The notes: generated by a model not told the origin, from the sequence alone. Shown: positions 36,102-45,364, numbered from the stretch's first letter. The stretch is 50,202 nt of DNA from an uncultured bacterium (GCA_937950635.1 CALFCX010000161.1:1-50202), one strand, 5' to 3'. Translations and numbers: made by a program.

Positions 36102-36584
36102 ATGAAAATGTCCGCAAAACTCGTGTTTCTTTCTTTGACAGCCGTATGTGTTCTGGCATTGACTGTTCCTTCTTCTTTCGCCGCTCCTATCTCCAGCATA
36201 GGAACAATAGATGTTCAAAGGGTCTTCAAAGGATACAAAGAGACAGCCAAAGCCCAGGAACAGCTTTCCAAAGAAGAGGCGGAATTCAAAAAAGATTTTG
36301 AAGAATCCCAAAAAAAGATCGAAGCCGCAAAAGCTGCCGGCAAGTCGGATAAAGAGATAGAATCCATGACAAAGAAGCTTGAGGAGTCCCTTACCCCGAA
36401 GAGGGAAAAGCTCATCAAAATGAACGAATCGCTCACCTCATCGCTTCAGAACGACATAGTCACAGCCGTTAAAACGGTCGCGAACAACCTGGGGGTCGAG
36501 GTCGTTTTCGATAAGCAGGTGGTAATAACGGGCGGAGTTGACATAAGCGATATGGTCATAAGCAAGCTCAACGAAAAAAAGTAA
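36102..36584 (+). CDS. skp: Periplasmic chaperone Skp/OmpH
   Basis: 160 aa. Signal peptide ending SSFAA, IGTIDVQRVF start of the mature protein, a long K/E-rich helical arm. Located directly upstream of lpxD, as in many diderms. Confidence 0.8.
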   Translation: MKMSAKLVFLSLTAVCVLALTVPSSFAAPISSIGTIDVQRVFKGYKETAKAQEQLSKEEAEFKKDFEESQKKIEAAKAAGKSDKEIESMTKKLEESLTPKREKLIKMNESLTSSLQNDIVTAVKTVANNLGVEVVFDKQVVITGGVDISDMVISKLNEKK

Positions 36585-36585
36585 C

Positions 36586-37545
36586 GTGACCTCTCTAGGC
36601 GAAATAGCAAAGCTGGTCGACGGACAGGTCTGCGGCGACGCTTCCCTGGAGATCGACAGGGTTGCGGCTCTTGAAGACGCAAAAGAAGGAGATCTTTCTT
36701 TTGTCCTCGACAGCAAGAACTTTCTCGCCGCTGAAAATTCCCCTGCAAAAGCTTTCGTGGTGCCCAAAGATATTACTCTTGAGAGAAAGCCTTCCATAAA
36801 AGTGGATAACCCCAGACAGGCGCTCGGGAGGATCCTGGGCCAATTCGCCCCGCTGGAAGAGATCTCGCCGGGAATCGATGCGCACGCCTTCATCTCAAAA
36901 AAAGCATCTCTCGGGAAAAGGGTCCTTATATACCCCTTCGTTTATATAGGGGATGACTGCGAGATCGGTGACGACACCATAATCCATCCCAATGCGACCA
37001 TTTATCCAAGGACAAAGATAGGCAAAAGGTGCATAATCCATTCCGGATGCGTGATCGGCGTGGACGGGTTCGGATTCTCACGTGAAGGCGGAAAATTCGA
37101 GAAGATCCCGCAGATTGGCCGGGTTGTGATAGAAGATGATGTAGAAATATACGCCAATAATTCCATATCCAGAGGAACTATCGGAGATACCGTGATAAAA
37201 AGAGGAACAAAGATAGACAACATGAACCATATCGCACACAACGTGAAGATCGGCGAGGATTGCGCGATAACCTCTTTGAATGTCTTCGGCGGAAGCTCTT
37301 CGCTTGGCGACAGAGTGCAAATGTCGGGACAGTGCGCCGTAGCTCCGCACGTTCATGTGGGGAGCGATTCCATAATAATGGGCCGGGCCGGAGTTACAAA
37401 GAATCTCCAGAACGGTTCCGTAGTTCTCGGGTACCCGGCACAGGATCATGTGAAGGAACACAAAATCATGGCCCTTGTCAGAAGGCTTCCGGAGCTTTTT
37501 GAAAAAGTAAAAAAGCTTGAGTCCCATAAAAAACCCTCTAAATGA
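36586..37545 (+). CDS. lpxD: UDP-3-O-acylglucosamine N-acyltransferase
   Basis: 319 aa. N-terminal uridine-binding domain (LGEIAKLVDG...), left-handed beta-helix hexapeptide repeats, and the HIAHNV.IG catalytic His region. Confidence 0.88.
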   Translation: MTSLGEIAKLVDGQVCGDASLEIDRVAALEDAKEGDLSFVLDSKNFLAAENSPAKAFVVPKDITLERKPSIKVDNPRQALGRILGQFAPLEEISPGIDAHAFISKKASLGKRVLIYPFVYIGDDCEIGDDTIIHPNATIYPRTKIGKRCIIHSGCVIGVDGFGFSREGGKFEKIPQIGRVVIEDDVEIYANNSISRGTIGDTVIKRGTKIDNMNHIAHNVKIGEDCAITSLNVFGGSSSLGDRVQMSGQCAVAPHVHVGSDSIIMGRAGVTKNLQNGSVVLGYPAQDHVKEHKIMALVRRLPELFEKVKKLESHKKPSK

Positions 37546-38672
37546 AAATAGCCGTCTTTACCGAATCTTTTGCCCCGTATATCAGCGGAGTGTCCAGGTC
37601 CGTGGAGCTTGCAAAAAAGGGGCTTCGATCTCTCGGACATGATGTTTTTGTTCTGGCACCGTCATATCCGGGCTGCGATGATGAAGACAAAAATGTGGTC
37701 AGATTCCCTTCTGTTCCTACCAAATATCCCGGTTTCAGAATGGCGGTCCCTCTGCCCGGTTTAATACCAAAAGAGAAATTCGATATAGTCCATTCGAATT
37801 CTCCTTTTGGCATGGGGCTTCTCGCCAAGCGGTTCGCAAAAAAAGCCGGCATCCCTTATGTATATTCGTTCCACACACTGTTCACGGATTACCTTCACTA
37901 TGTTCCTTTGCCGGGATCTCTGAGCAAAAGCGCTCTGCTTTTTTACATGAAGCGGTTCTGCAGGTCGTGCGGAAAAATTATCGTCCCGAACCTGACCACG
38001 CTAAATTACGTAAAAGGTCACGGCATATCGGGAGCTTTTGAAGTGATCCCTTCAGGCGTGGACACGGACCTGGCGGAAAAGGCTTCCGGCAGAGGTCTCA
38101 GGGAAAAGCTCCTCATGCCGGCCGCGGCAACAGTATTCCTTTATGTCGGAAGGCTTTCAAAAGAAAAAAACCTCCCCTTCCTTTTTCATGTTTTCGAAAA
38201 AATATCCCGGGAGTGCAAAGAAGCTTATTTCGTCCTGGCCGCCGGAGGCCCTGAGGAAAGAGATCTTAAGGATCTTTCGGCAAAGCTCGGGATATCCGAA
38301 AGGGTTGTGTTCGCTGGACAGATAAAGTATCCGGACATACTCAATTACTACAAAGCAGGGGATATCTTCATTTTTGCTTCAAGAACGGAGACGCAGGGTC
38401 TCGTGATAGCCGAAGCAAAAATATGCGGCCTCCCGACGGTAGCGGTCAATGCCGGCGGTATAAAAGAGAGCCTGATCAGCGGAGAGGACGGATTTCTCGT
38501 GGACGAAAATATCTCGGCCTTCGTTGAAAAGGCGGTCCTGCTGTGTAAAGACAGCGGATTGCGGACAATAATGGGTAAAAAAGCGAAAGAGAACGCGCTA
38601 AAAGATTTCTCCTGTCTTAATGTTGCAAAAAAACTCGAAAATGTCTATAATTCTTTGTTAAGCGGCTGCTGA
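37542..38672 (+). CDS. GT4-family (GT-B fold) glycosyltransferase
   Basis: 376 aa. MKIAVFTESFAPYISGVS N-terminus and the C-terminal E..G....EA...G.P motif (RTETQGLVIAEAKICGLPTV). The acceptor cannot be assigned. Confidence 0.75.
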   Translation: MKIAVFTESFAPYISGVSRSVELAKKGLRSLGHDVFVLAPSYPGCDDEDKNVVRFPSVPTKYPGFRMAVPLPGLIPKEKFDIVHSNSPFGMGLLAKRFAKKAGIPYVYSFHTLFTDYLHYVPLPGSLSKSALLFYMKRFCRSCGKIIVPNLTTLNYVKGHGISGAFEVIPSGVDTDLAEKASGRGLREKLLMPAAATVFLYVGRLSKEKNLPFLFHVFEKISRECKEAYFVLAAGGPEERDLKDLSAKLGISERVVFAGQIKYPDILNYYKAGDIFIFASRTETQGLVIAEAKICGLPTVAVNAGGIKESLISGEDGFLVDENISAFVEKAVLLCKDSGLRTIMGKKAKENALKDFSCLNVAKKLENVYNSLLSGC

Positions 38673-38698
38673 AAGACGCTTTTGAAGAGGAGGTCCCC

Positions 38699-39439
38699 AT
38701 GAAAAGATCTTTGTGTTCAGGACTGTGTCTCTGCTTGCTCCTTTCTCCCGCAACATCATTTGCAGCCATAAATACGCCGACAATAACAGGGTCGACGGGC
38801 CTTATCAAGATGCCTACGGCCGATGTCCTGGGATCAAAAGATTTCAACGTGGGCGTTGATTATGTGTTTGACGGCACATCGGCATCCACGGGAACAATAA
38901 GCGATATCCAGGGAATATGGCAGTACAAAGCCAATGTTGGCTCCTTCATGGGATACACAAAGGGGATGGAGCTCGGTTTTGTCGGCCGGACCGAAAAGGA
39001 CACCAACAGGTTCAAGGAAGGTGTGTTCATCAATCTCAAGTACAGTCTCGCCAGCTCGGACGATCCCGACGCGCTAAAACTGGCGATCGGAGTAGAGAAC
39101 CTCACTTCGCTTTCGGAATCCGATGCCTACATGGTCGCCTCAAAATACTGGAAAGGCGGCGCGGGGATACACTTCGGGGCGATGTTCGATTTCCCTAACT
39201 ACAACAAATTCCGCCCGCTTGGCATGCTGGGCCTTAATCTGCCCCTGGGCAGCAGGTCGTTCTCCATAATGGCGGAGCTCTTTTCCGGTGAAAGCGTATT
39301 CCAGGTGGATGCCGGACTTAAGTATTCCGTGAACAACAACTTTTCTCTGCTGGCCAGAGGGCTTAACGTGACCAACAGCGATACTGCCAGGAATACAAGA
39401 TCGTTCTCCGCGGGAATTTCCCTGGCGAATTTCTTTTAA
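38699..39439 (+). CDS. Outer-membrane beta-barrel protein of unknown function embedded in the lpx cluster
   Basis: 246 aa. Signal peptide (CLCLLLSPATSFAA), TGSTGLIKMPTADVLG motif near the mature N-terminus (reminiscent of YjbH-like proteins), and a terminal ISLANFF. Confidence 0.5.
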   Translation: MKRSLCSGLCLCLLLSPATSFAAINTPTITGSTGLIKMPTADVLGSKDFNVGVDYVFDGTSASTGTISDIQGIWQYKANVGSFMGYTKGMELGFVGRTEKDTNRFKEGVFINLKYSLASSDDPDALKLAIGVENLTSLSESDAYMVASKYWKGGAGIHFGAMFDFPNYNKFRPLGMLGLNLPLGSRSFSIMAELFSGESVFQVDAGLKYSVNNNFSLLARGLNVTNSDTARNTRSFSAGISLANFF

Positions 39440-40239
39440 TGCGCCAAAGAACTCTGCAAAAGCCCGCCTCATGTAAGGGCATTGCTCTGCATACGGGCGA
39501 GATGTCTTTTCTGGAATTCCGCCCAGCGGCCGAGAGTTCCGGAATATATTTCATCCACAACGGAAAAAAGATCCCTGCAAGCGCGAAGAACATCACTTCC
39601 ACAAACCGCGGCTCCGTGCTTTCTTCGATATCCACGGTCGAACATGTGCTGTCCGCGATCTACGGTTGCGCGATAGACAATGTTGAGGTGTTTCTGGAAG
39701 GTCCCGAGCCTCCGGCGCTCGACGGAAGCGCGAAAGGCTTTGTCGAACTGCTCCGTTCCGCCGGCACGAAAGAACAAGATGCCGAAAGCACGATTATAAC
39801 CGTAGAACACCCTATGCGGGTAGAGGATAAGGACTCATATCTTGAGATCTCCCCTCTCAAACATCTTGAAATAGAGGCTTTTATTGATTACAGCCACACG
39901 ATCGCGGGGAAAATAACCGCCGGATACAACGAGCTCTATGACAACTTCGAGACCGATATTGCCCCGGCAAGGACTTTCGGGCTCATGGAAGAAGTTGAAG
40001 CTCTGAAAAAAGCAGGACTGGCCAAAGGCGCTTCGTTTGAAAACGCGATAGCGATAACAAAAACCGGATATTCAAGCCCTCTTCGCTTCGACAATGAGTT
40101 GGCAAGGCACAAAATTCTGGATATAATTGGTGATATGGCGCTTGTGGGAAAGCGTATAAAAGGCAAGATAGTGTCGCACAAGGGTGGCCATAAATTAAAC
40201 GTGGAGCTCGCAAGGAGATTAATAGATGCCTCAAGTTGA
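39439..40239 (+). CDS. lpxC: UDP-3-O-acyl-N-acetylglucosamine deacetylase
   Basis: 266 aa. RQRTL...G.ALHTG, STVEHVLSAIYGCAIDN, PALDGSA, ARTFG and HKILD.IGD motifs. Confidence 0.9.
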   Translation: MRQRTLQKPASCKGIALHTGEMSFLEFRPAAESSGIYFIHNGKKIPASAKNITSTNRGSVLSSISTVEHVLSAIYGCAIDNVEVFLEGPEPPALDGSAKGFVELLRSAGTKEQDAESTIITVEHPMRVEDKDSYLEISPLKHLEIEAFIDYSHTIAGKITAGYNELYDNFETDIAPARTFGLMEEVEALKKAGLAKGASFENAIAITKTGYSSPLRFDNELARHKILDIIGDMALVGKRIKGKIVSHKGGHKLNVELARRLIDASS

Positions 40240-41506
40240 TATTGACGTAAAGGAAATAATGAAGGTCCTGCCCCATCGATATCCGTTCCTCCTGATAGAC
40301 AAGATCGTAGAAATAGAACCCGCTAAAAAAGTCGTTGCGATCAAGAACGTGACCATGAACGAAGAATTCTTCCAGGGGCATTTCCCTAATATGCCTATAA
40401 TGCCCGGCGTTCTCATTGTTGAAGCGATCGCTCAGACCGGGGCTTTCGGGCTGCTGGTCACTCCGGAATACCAGGGGAAATTCGCCCTGTTCGCCGGGAT
40501 AGACGGAATACGTTTCAGAAAGCCTGTTCTTCCGGGCGATCAATTGAGGATCGACGTTGAATATCTGAAATCAAAAGGCCCCATAGCAAAGATGAAAGGG
40601 ATAGCCAAGGTCGGCGATCAAATAGCCTGCGAGGGAGAGTTCATGTGCTCGATATCTGACGGCGGCAATGCTTCAAAGCAGGATATACACAAGACCGCAG
40701 TCATACATCCTTCGGCGGAAATAGGCAAAAACGTGAAGATCGGCCCTTATACGGTAATAGGCCCTGAAGTGTCTATAGGGGACGGTTGTGAGATAGGGTC
40801 CAATGTATTGATAGCTAAATGGACCAGGATCGGCAAAGACTGCCGAATATTGAACAGCACCACCATAGGGACCCCTCCCCAGGACCTCAAATACAAAGGA
40901 GAAAAAAGCTGGGTAGAGATCGGGGACAGGTGCCTCATAAGAGAATTCGTGACAATACATCTGCCGACCGGCGAAGGGCAGAAAACATCCATAGGGAATG
41001 ACTGCATGATCATGACCAATGTGCACATCCCTCACAACGCAAGGGTCGGCAACGGTGTGATCATGAGCAGTTTTGCCGCTTTGGCTGGGCATGCCGAAGT
41101 TGACGATTTCGTCATAATAGGCGGGATGACGGGAGTACATCAGTTCGTAAGGATTGGAAAAATGGCGATGATAGGAGGGCATTCAAGGATAGTACAGGAC
41201 GTGCCTCCGTTCATGATAGCCGAAGGCAATCCTGCACAGGTTCGCGCCTTAAATTCGATAGGGCTGCAGAGAAGAGGGGTTCCGTTCGAATCTCAGGTGG
41301 AGCTGAAAAAAGCGTTCAAGCTTCTGTACAGGGCCGGGAATAATTTTTCAAAAGCATTGGATACTTTGAAAAAACAATGCAAACCAACGGATGAGATAAA
41401 AACCCTTATAGATTTTCTGGAAAAAGAGAGCGGGCGCGGAATACTTAAAAAAGTAGAGCTCTCAGAAGAACTTCTTTTCGAGGATATCCCGGAAATCGGC
41501 ATCTAA
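40226..41506 (+). CDS. fabZ-lpxA: Fusion protein: 3-hydroxyacyl-ACP dehydratase FabZ (N-terminal) + acyl-ACP:UDP-GlcNAc O-acyltransferase LpxA (C-terminal)
   Basis: 426 aa single ORF. Residues about 10-145 carry LPHRYPFLLIDKI...FFQGHFPNMPIMPGVLIVEAIAQ (FabZ hotdog). After the linker SDGGNASKQD comes IHKTAVIHPSAEIGKNVKIGPYTVIG hexapeptide repeats and the LpxA C-terminal helical domain. Confidence 0.85.
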   Translation: MPQVDIDVKEIMKVLPHRYPFLLIDKIVEIEPAKKVVAIKNVTMNEEFFQGHFPNMPIMPGVLIVEAIAQTGAFGLLVTPEYQGKFALFAGIDGIRFRKPVLPGDQLRIDVEYLKSKGPIAKMKGIAKVGDQIACEGEFMCSISDGGNASKQDIHKTAVIHPSAEIGKNVKIGPYTVIGPEVSIGDGCEIGSNVLIAKWTRIGKDCRILNSTTIGTPPQDLKYKGEKSWVEIGDRCLIREFVTIHLPTGEGQKTSIGNDCMIMTNVHIPHNARVGNGVIMSSFAALAGHAEVDDFVIIGGMTGVHQFVRIGKMAMIGGHSRIVQDVPPFMIAEGNPAQVRALNSIGLQRRGVPFESQVELKKAFKLLYRAGNNFSKALDTLKKQCKPTDEIKTLIDFLEKESGRGILKKVELSEELLFEDIPEIGI

Positions 41507-41508
41507 AA

Positions 41509-42657
41509 ATGATCAAAATAATGCTGAGCGCCGGGGAGATCTCCGGCGATATGCACGGCGCGGCACTGGCAAAAGAGCTGAAAAAAATCAATTCCGCTCT
41601 TTATCTTTTCGGCATGGGCGGAGAAAAGATGCGGCTTGCCGGCGTGGATATCAAATACGACCTGTCGGCCAAGGGCTCCGTCGGTGTAATGGAGGTCCTG
41701 CGTTTCCTCCCATCGATATTGTTCGGGCTGTATAAGATGAAAAGGCTGCTGAAAAAGGAATCTCCCGACCTTTTAGTTCTGATAGACTATCAGGGCTTTA
41801 ATATGCTGCTCGCAAAATACGCAAAAAAACTCGGAATAAAGACGGCATATTATATTCCTCCCCAGGAATGGCTTTGGGGAACTCCTAAAGGGATAAAGAA
41901 CGTTGTTGCCACTATAGACAAGCTCTTATGCATCTTCGAAGAAGAAGCAAGGATCTACAAAGAGAACGGCGGGAATGCCGTGTATGTAGGCAACCCTAAT
42001 GTAGACCTGGCGAAACCCGGAGTTTCAAAGGAAGAATTCTGCCGGGCAACCGGACTAAATCCAAAATTCCCGATATTCGGCCTGTTTCCCGGCAGCCGGC
42101 ATCAGGAGCTTATTTCCCTTCTGCCGGTTTTCACCGGAGCGGCCGCATTGATAAAAAAGGAAATTCCCAATGCACAGTTTGTAATAGCTCTCTCAAGCCT
42201 TCAGTTCAAATCAATGGTTCTCTCATACCTAAAGAAGAACAATATAAATATCCCCGCGATCTACGGGAGAAGCCACGATATATTGGGGGCATCCAATGTG
42301 GCGATCGCCGCATCCGGAACGATAATAATGGAGGCCGCGATAATTAACACCCCCGCCGTAATGGCCTATAAAATATCCAACCTTACATATCTAATAGCCA
42401 AGTATATAGTAAAGATAAAGCTCCCATATTTTTCCATGCCCAATATCATCGCGAACAAAATGATCGTCCCGGAAATAATGCAGTCGGATGTAACACAGAA
42501 TAACATAGCCGAAAAAGCCGTAAAAATGCTGATGGACCCGGACAAGGCCAAAGCCGTAAAAGACGGCTTCCGCAACGTGAGAACCAAGCTGGGACCGCCG
42601 GGAGCGGTCAGGCGCGCCGCAGAAGAAATAATGTCGGAACTGAGAGGAAGAATTTAA
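41509..42657 (+). CDS. lpxB: Lipid-A-disaccharide synthase
   Basis: 382 aa. N-terminal AGEISGDMHGA, DYQGFN, LFPGSRHQE and SGTIIMEAAI motifs. Confidence 0.9.
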   Translation: MIKIMLSAGEISGDMHGAALAKELKKINSALYLFGMGGEKMRLAGVDIKYDLSAKGSVGVMEVLRFLPSILFGLYKMKRLLKKESPDLLVLIDYQGFNMLLAKYAKKLGIKTAYYIPPQEWLWGTPKGIKNVVATIDKLLCIFEEEARIYKENGGNAVYVGNPNVDLAKPGVSKEEFCRATGLNPKFPIFGLFPGSRHQELISLLPVFTGAAALIKKEIPNAQFVIALSSLQFKSMVLSYLKKNNINIPAIYGRSHDILGASNVAIAASGTIIMEAAIINTPAVMAYKISNLTYLIAKYIVKIKLPYFSMPNIIANKMIVPEIMQSDVTQNNIAEKAVKMLMDPDKAKAVKDGFRNVRTKLGPPGAVRRAAEEIMSELRGRI

Positions 42658-42659
42658 AT

Positions 42660-43706
42660 ATGGGATTTTTAATGCCTGCTTTGTCCTTTATCCTCGTATT
42701 CGTGATCGTAGCTTTGGCTCATGAACTCGGGCACTTTATATGGGCAAAAAGAGCCGGAATAAAAGTCCTAGAATTCGGCATAGGTTTCGGACCTAATCTT
42801 TTTAAGAAAGAATTTAAAGGGACCGTGTACTCGATAAACCTGGTCCCGATACTCGCTTTTGTAAGGCTCGCCGGGATAGATGAACAAGAGAGCGAACAGA
42901 ATGCGCCGTTCGAACAGCAGTACGGAGCGAAATCCCCGTATGAGAAATTCAAATCCATAGTGGCGGGGCCTATGATGAACCTCCTGCTCGGGTTCATAAT
43001 ATACAGCTTTCTCGCAATGACCTTCGGACTTCCTTATACAAGCGATATCATCGCGGGCGTATCCGAAAATTCGCCCACAAAAAAAGCGGGGCTATTGGTC
43101 GGGGATAAAATAATCCGCTTAAACGGGGAAAAGGTCTATGACATTAATCTGACAATAGAAAGAATCCACAAAAGCGCCGGAGAAACCGTCTCTCTTGTTG
43201 TGCTAAGAGATGAAAAAGAGCTGGCAATAAGCGCCGTACCGGAATATGACGGCAAATTAAAGGTCGGACTGCTCGGGTTCTCTCTTGGGAGTTATTATAA
43301 AAAGTTCAATCCGGCCGAGGCCGTATTAGAAGGCGCAAAAAAGACCGTATATCTTTCTTATATGATAGTTGTGGTCTTCGGCAAGCTTTTGACCGGAAAA
43401 ATAGCCCTGACAGGCCTTGCGGGGCCAATAGGCATTGCCCAATTCAGCGGGCAGGCCGCTGCGCAGGGGCTGCCTTCTTTTCTAAGCCTTATAGCGTTTA
43501 TCAGCATAAACCTGGCCGTATTCAATCTTCTTCCCATTCCGGCGCTGGACGGAGGAAGGCTTGTTTTCATACTGATCGAAGCCGTAAGGAAAAAACCCGT
43601 TAATTTACAGATAGAGAATAATATACATCAATGGGGATTGGTGGTTTTGCTGGGCTTCTTTGCGTTCGTATCTTTTAACGATATATTGAGGTTGTTCGCC
43701 AGATAA
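42660..43706 (+). CDS. rseP: Site-2 (RIP) zinc metalloprotease RseP, single-PDZ form
   Basis: 348 aa. HELGH in TM1, PDZ segment (SPTKKAGLLVGDKIIRLNG) and NLLPIPALDGG near the C-terminus. Confidence 0.88.
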   Translation: MGFLMPALSFILVFVIVALAHELGHFIWAKRAGIKVLEFGIGFGPNLFKKEFKGTVYSINLVPILAFVRLAGIDEQESEQNAPFEQQYGAKSPYEKFKSIVAGPMMNLLLGFIIYSFLAMTFGLPYTSDIIAGVSENSPTKKAGLLVGDKIIRLNGEKVYDINLTIERIHKSAGETVSLVVLRDEKELAISAVPEYDGKLKVGLLGFSLGSYYKKFNPAEAVLEGAKKTVYLSYMIVVVFGKLLTGKIALTGLAGPIGIAQFSGQAAAQGLPSFLSLIAFISINLAVFNLLPIPALDGGRLVFILIEAVRKKPVNLQIENNIHQWGLVVLLGFFAFVSFNDILRLFAR

Positions 43707-43708
43707 GA

Positions 43709-45364
43709 TCAGGCTGCCTTGGCAGCGGCCGCTGCTCTTTCCGCCTGTTGTTCGGCAAGCCTGCTGAGATATACTATGTTCCGTCCGGCTTGGAGCGATT
43801 CTTCGCTGGCCCCTTCCTCGGCTCCGCTGGATATGCACAATTGCTGCTGAGCTTTTATCATTTCCAAAATAGCGTTCATGTTGGCCGCAGCCTCTGTTAA
43901 AACTTTCCGCTGCAGCCTTTTTTCTTCGATATCCTTTAAAGCAAGTTTTTTCTCCAGAAGCCTGGCTTCCGTTCTTTTCTCTTCGGCCCTTCTTTCATCG
44001 GATTCTTCTTCCGCTTTTTTCTCCGCAGCTTTCCTTCTGGCCTCACTCTGTTTTTGCATGATATCGATCAGGTATCTGAACATATGTTCGGCAAAAAAGT
44101 CGGCAGGCGTCAATTTAAAGCTCTGCTGGGCTGTCGCGGCTGATCCGAAGATCTCTGACGGGACATAGGCCTCTGAGGACGGCATAACAAGACAGGCCCC
44201 GCTTTTTGTATCAGAAACAGATATTCTAGGAGCGAGAGCCTCGAACAACTCCGAGATCAGCTTTTGTTCTTCGACTATCCCTTTTTTCAAGACCGCGTAG
44301 CTTTCCAGGTCGGGCCCCGATGCTTTGTCCCATATTTGCATCCAAAGATCCGCGGGTATCGTTGTTTCATTCAGATCGGTGATCGCTATCTGTTCGGAAG
44401 TTTGCGCTACTACTTGTGCCGCAATCATTATGTCTTTGGCATCTTTTTGGGATATTTCCGGTGACCTGCTCAGCCTGTCAAGCTGTTCTCTCGTGTTCTT
44501 CAATACAGCGCTCTGCGCCGCTCTCAAATCGGCAAGGAATCTGGAGGCGAATTCTATCGTAAGGCGATTGCCATAAAGCAATTCCCTGTTTATGTTGTTA
44601 GCGGCCCTCATTCTTGGCAGTATTTTCTCTTCGGCCGCTTTGTTCATGCCGGAAAGATCGCCGGTCGCTGTCCGCAACCTGAAAACATCGAGACCCTGAC
44701 GCATTGCATCGGTCACTTCGGCCATGCGCAAAAGGTCCATTAATGACGTCATGAACCTGTTCTCGTCTCCCGCTATCAATGCGTTTGCATTCTCTCTAAC
44801 CTTTTCGGCTAATTCTTTTCCCAGGAACGCTTTTTCATCTGCAGAAATTATCCCGTGGGCATAAGCATCTCCTATCGTTTGTCTCATAACCCCGAGTTTT
44901 AGCCTGTCGGCGTACATTTCGCTCAAAAATTCGGATTTCCGAATAAGCCCTTCTATGGCTCCGGATGTCTCGGAAAATCCAGCAAAGTCACCGCGGGTAA
45001 GGCGCCCCTGAGCTTGTTCTCTTAAGCCCGACAAGGTTGCTTCTAGCTCTGAAAATCTAGCCGCGGGCATTTTCCCTTGGCGAACCCTTTCGTTCATCGC
45101 CAAAGAAAAATCGGCGATCCTTGAATCGACTTGCGCTATAGCCGAAGAATTTATTCCTGAAAACGTTGTTTTTGATTCGGGCAGCACTATTACAAAAGTT
45201 GTTCCCTGCGGATTTCTAAGAACGGGCATCCCTATCCTATCCAAAGAGCCGAACCTTACTTCCAGATAAGGTCTTGCAACAGGGATCCGAGCAGAAGCCG
45301 CATTTACGGCATTAAGTCGCGGCTGATAAGGATTGATGCGTGGTGTATAGTTATACCCTGCCAT
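43709..45364 (-). CDS. Hypothetical 551-aa soluble, largely alpha-helical protein with a charged C-terminal coiled coil
   Basis: Long ORF with SD (AAGAGGGA) before the ATG. No signal peptide or TM segment. C-terminal K/E/R-rich heptad-like segment (EARRKAAEKKAEEESDERRAEEKRTEARLLEKK). I recognise no family motif. Confidence 0.6.
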   Translation of the reverse strand: MAGYNYTPRINPYQPRLNAVNAASARIPVARPYLEVRFGSLDRIGMPVLRNPQGTTFVIVLPESKTTFSGINSSAIAQVDSRIADFSLAMNERVRQGKMPAARFSELEATLSGLREQAQGRLTRGDFAGFSETSGAIEGLIRKSEFLSEMYADRLKLGVMRQTIGDAYAHGIISADEKAFLGKELAEKVRENANALIAGDENRFMTSLMDLLRMAEVTDAMRQGLDVFRLRTATGDLSGMNKAAEEKILPRMRAANNINRELLYGNRLTIEFASRFLADLRAAQSAVLKNTREQLDRLSRSPEISQKDAKDIMIAAQVVAQTSEQIAITDLNETTIPADLWMQIWDKASGPDLESYAVLKKGIVEEQKLISELFEALAPRISVSDTKSGACLVMPSSEAYVPSEIFGSAATAQQSFKLTPADFFAEHMFRYLIDIMQKQSEARRKAAEKKAEEESDERRAEEKRTEARLLEKKLALKDIEEKRLQRKVLTEAAANMNAILEMIKAQQQLCISSGAEEGASEESLQAGRNIVYLSRLAEQQAERAAAAAKAA

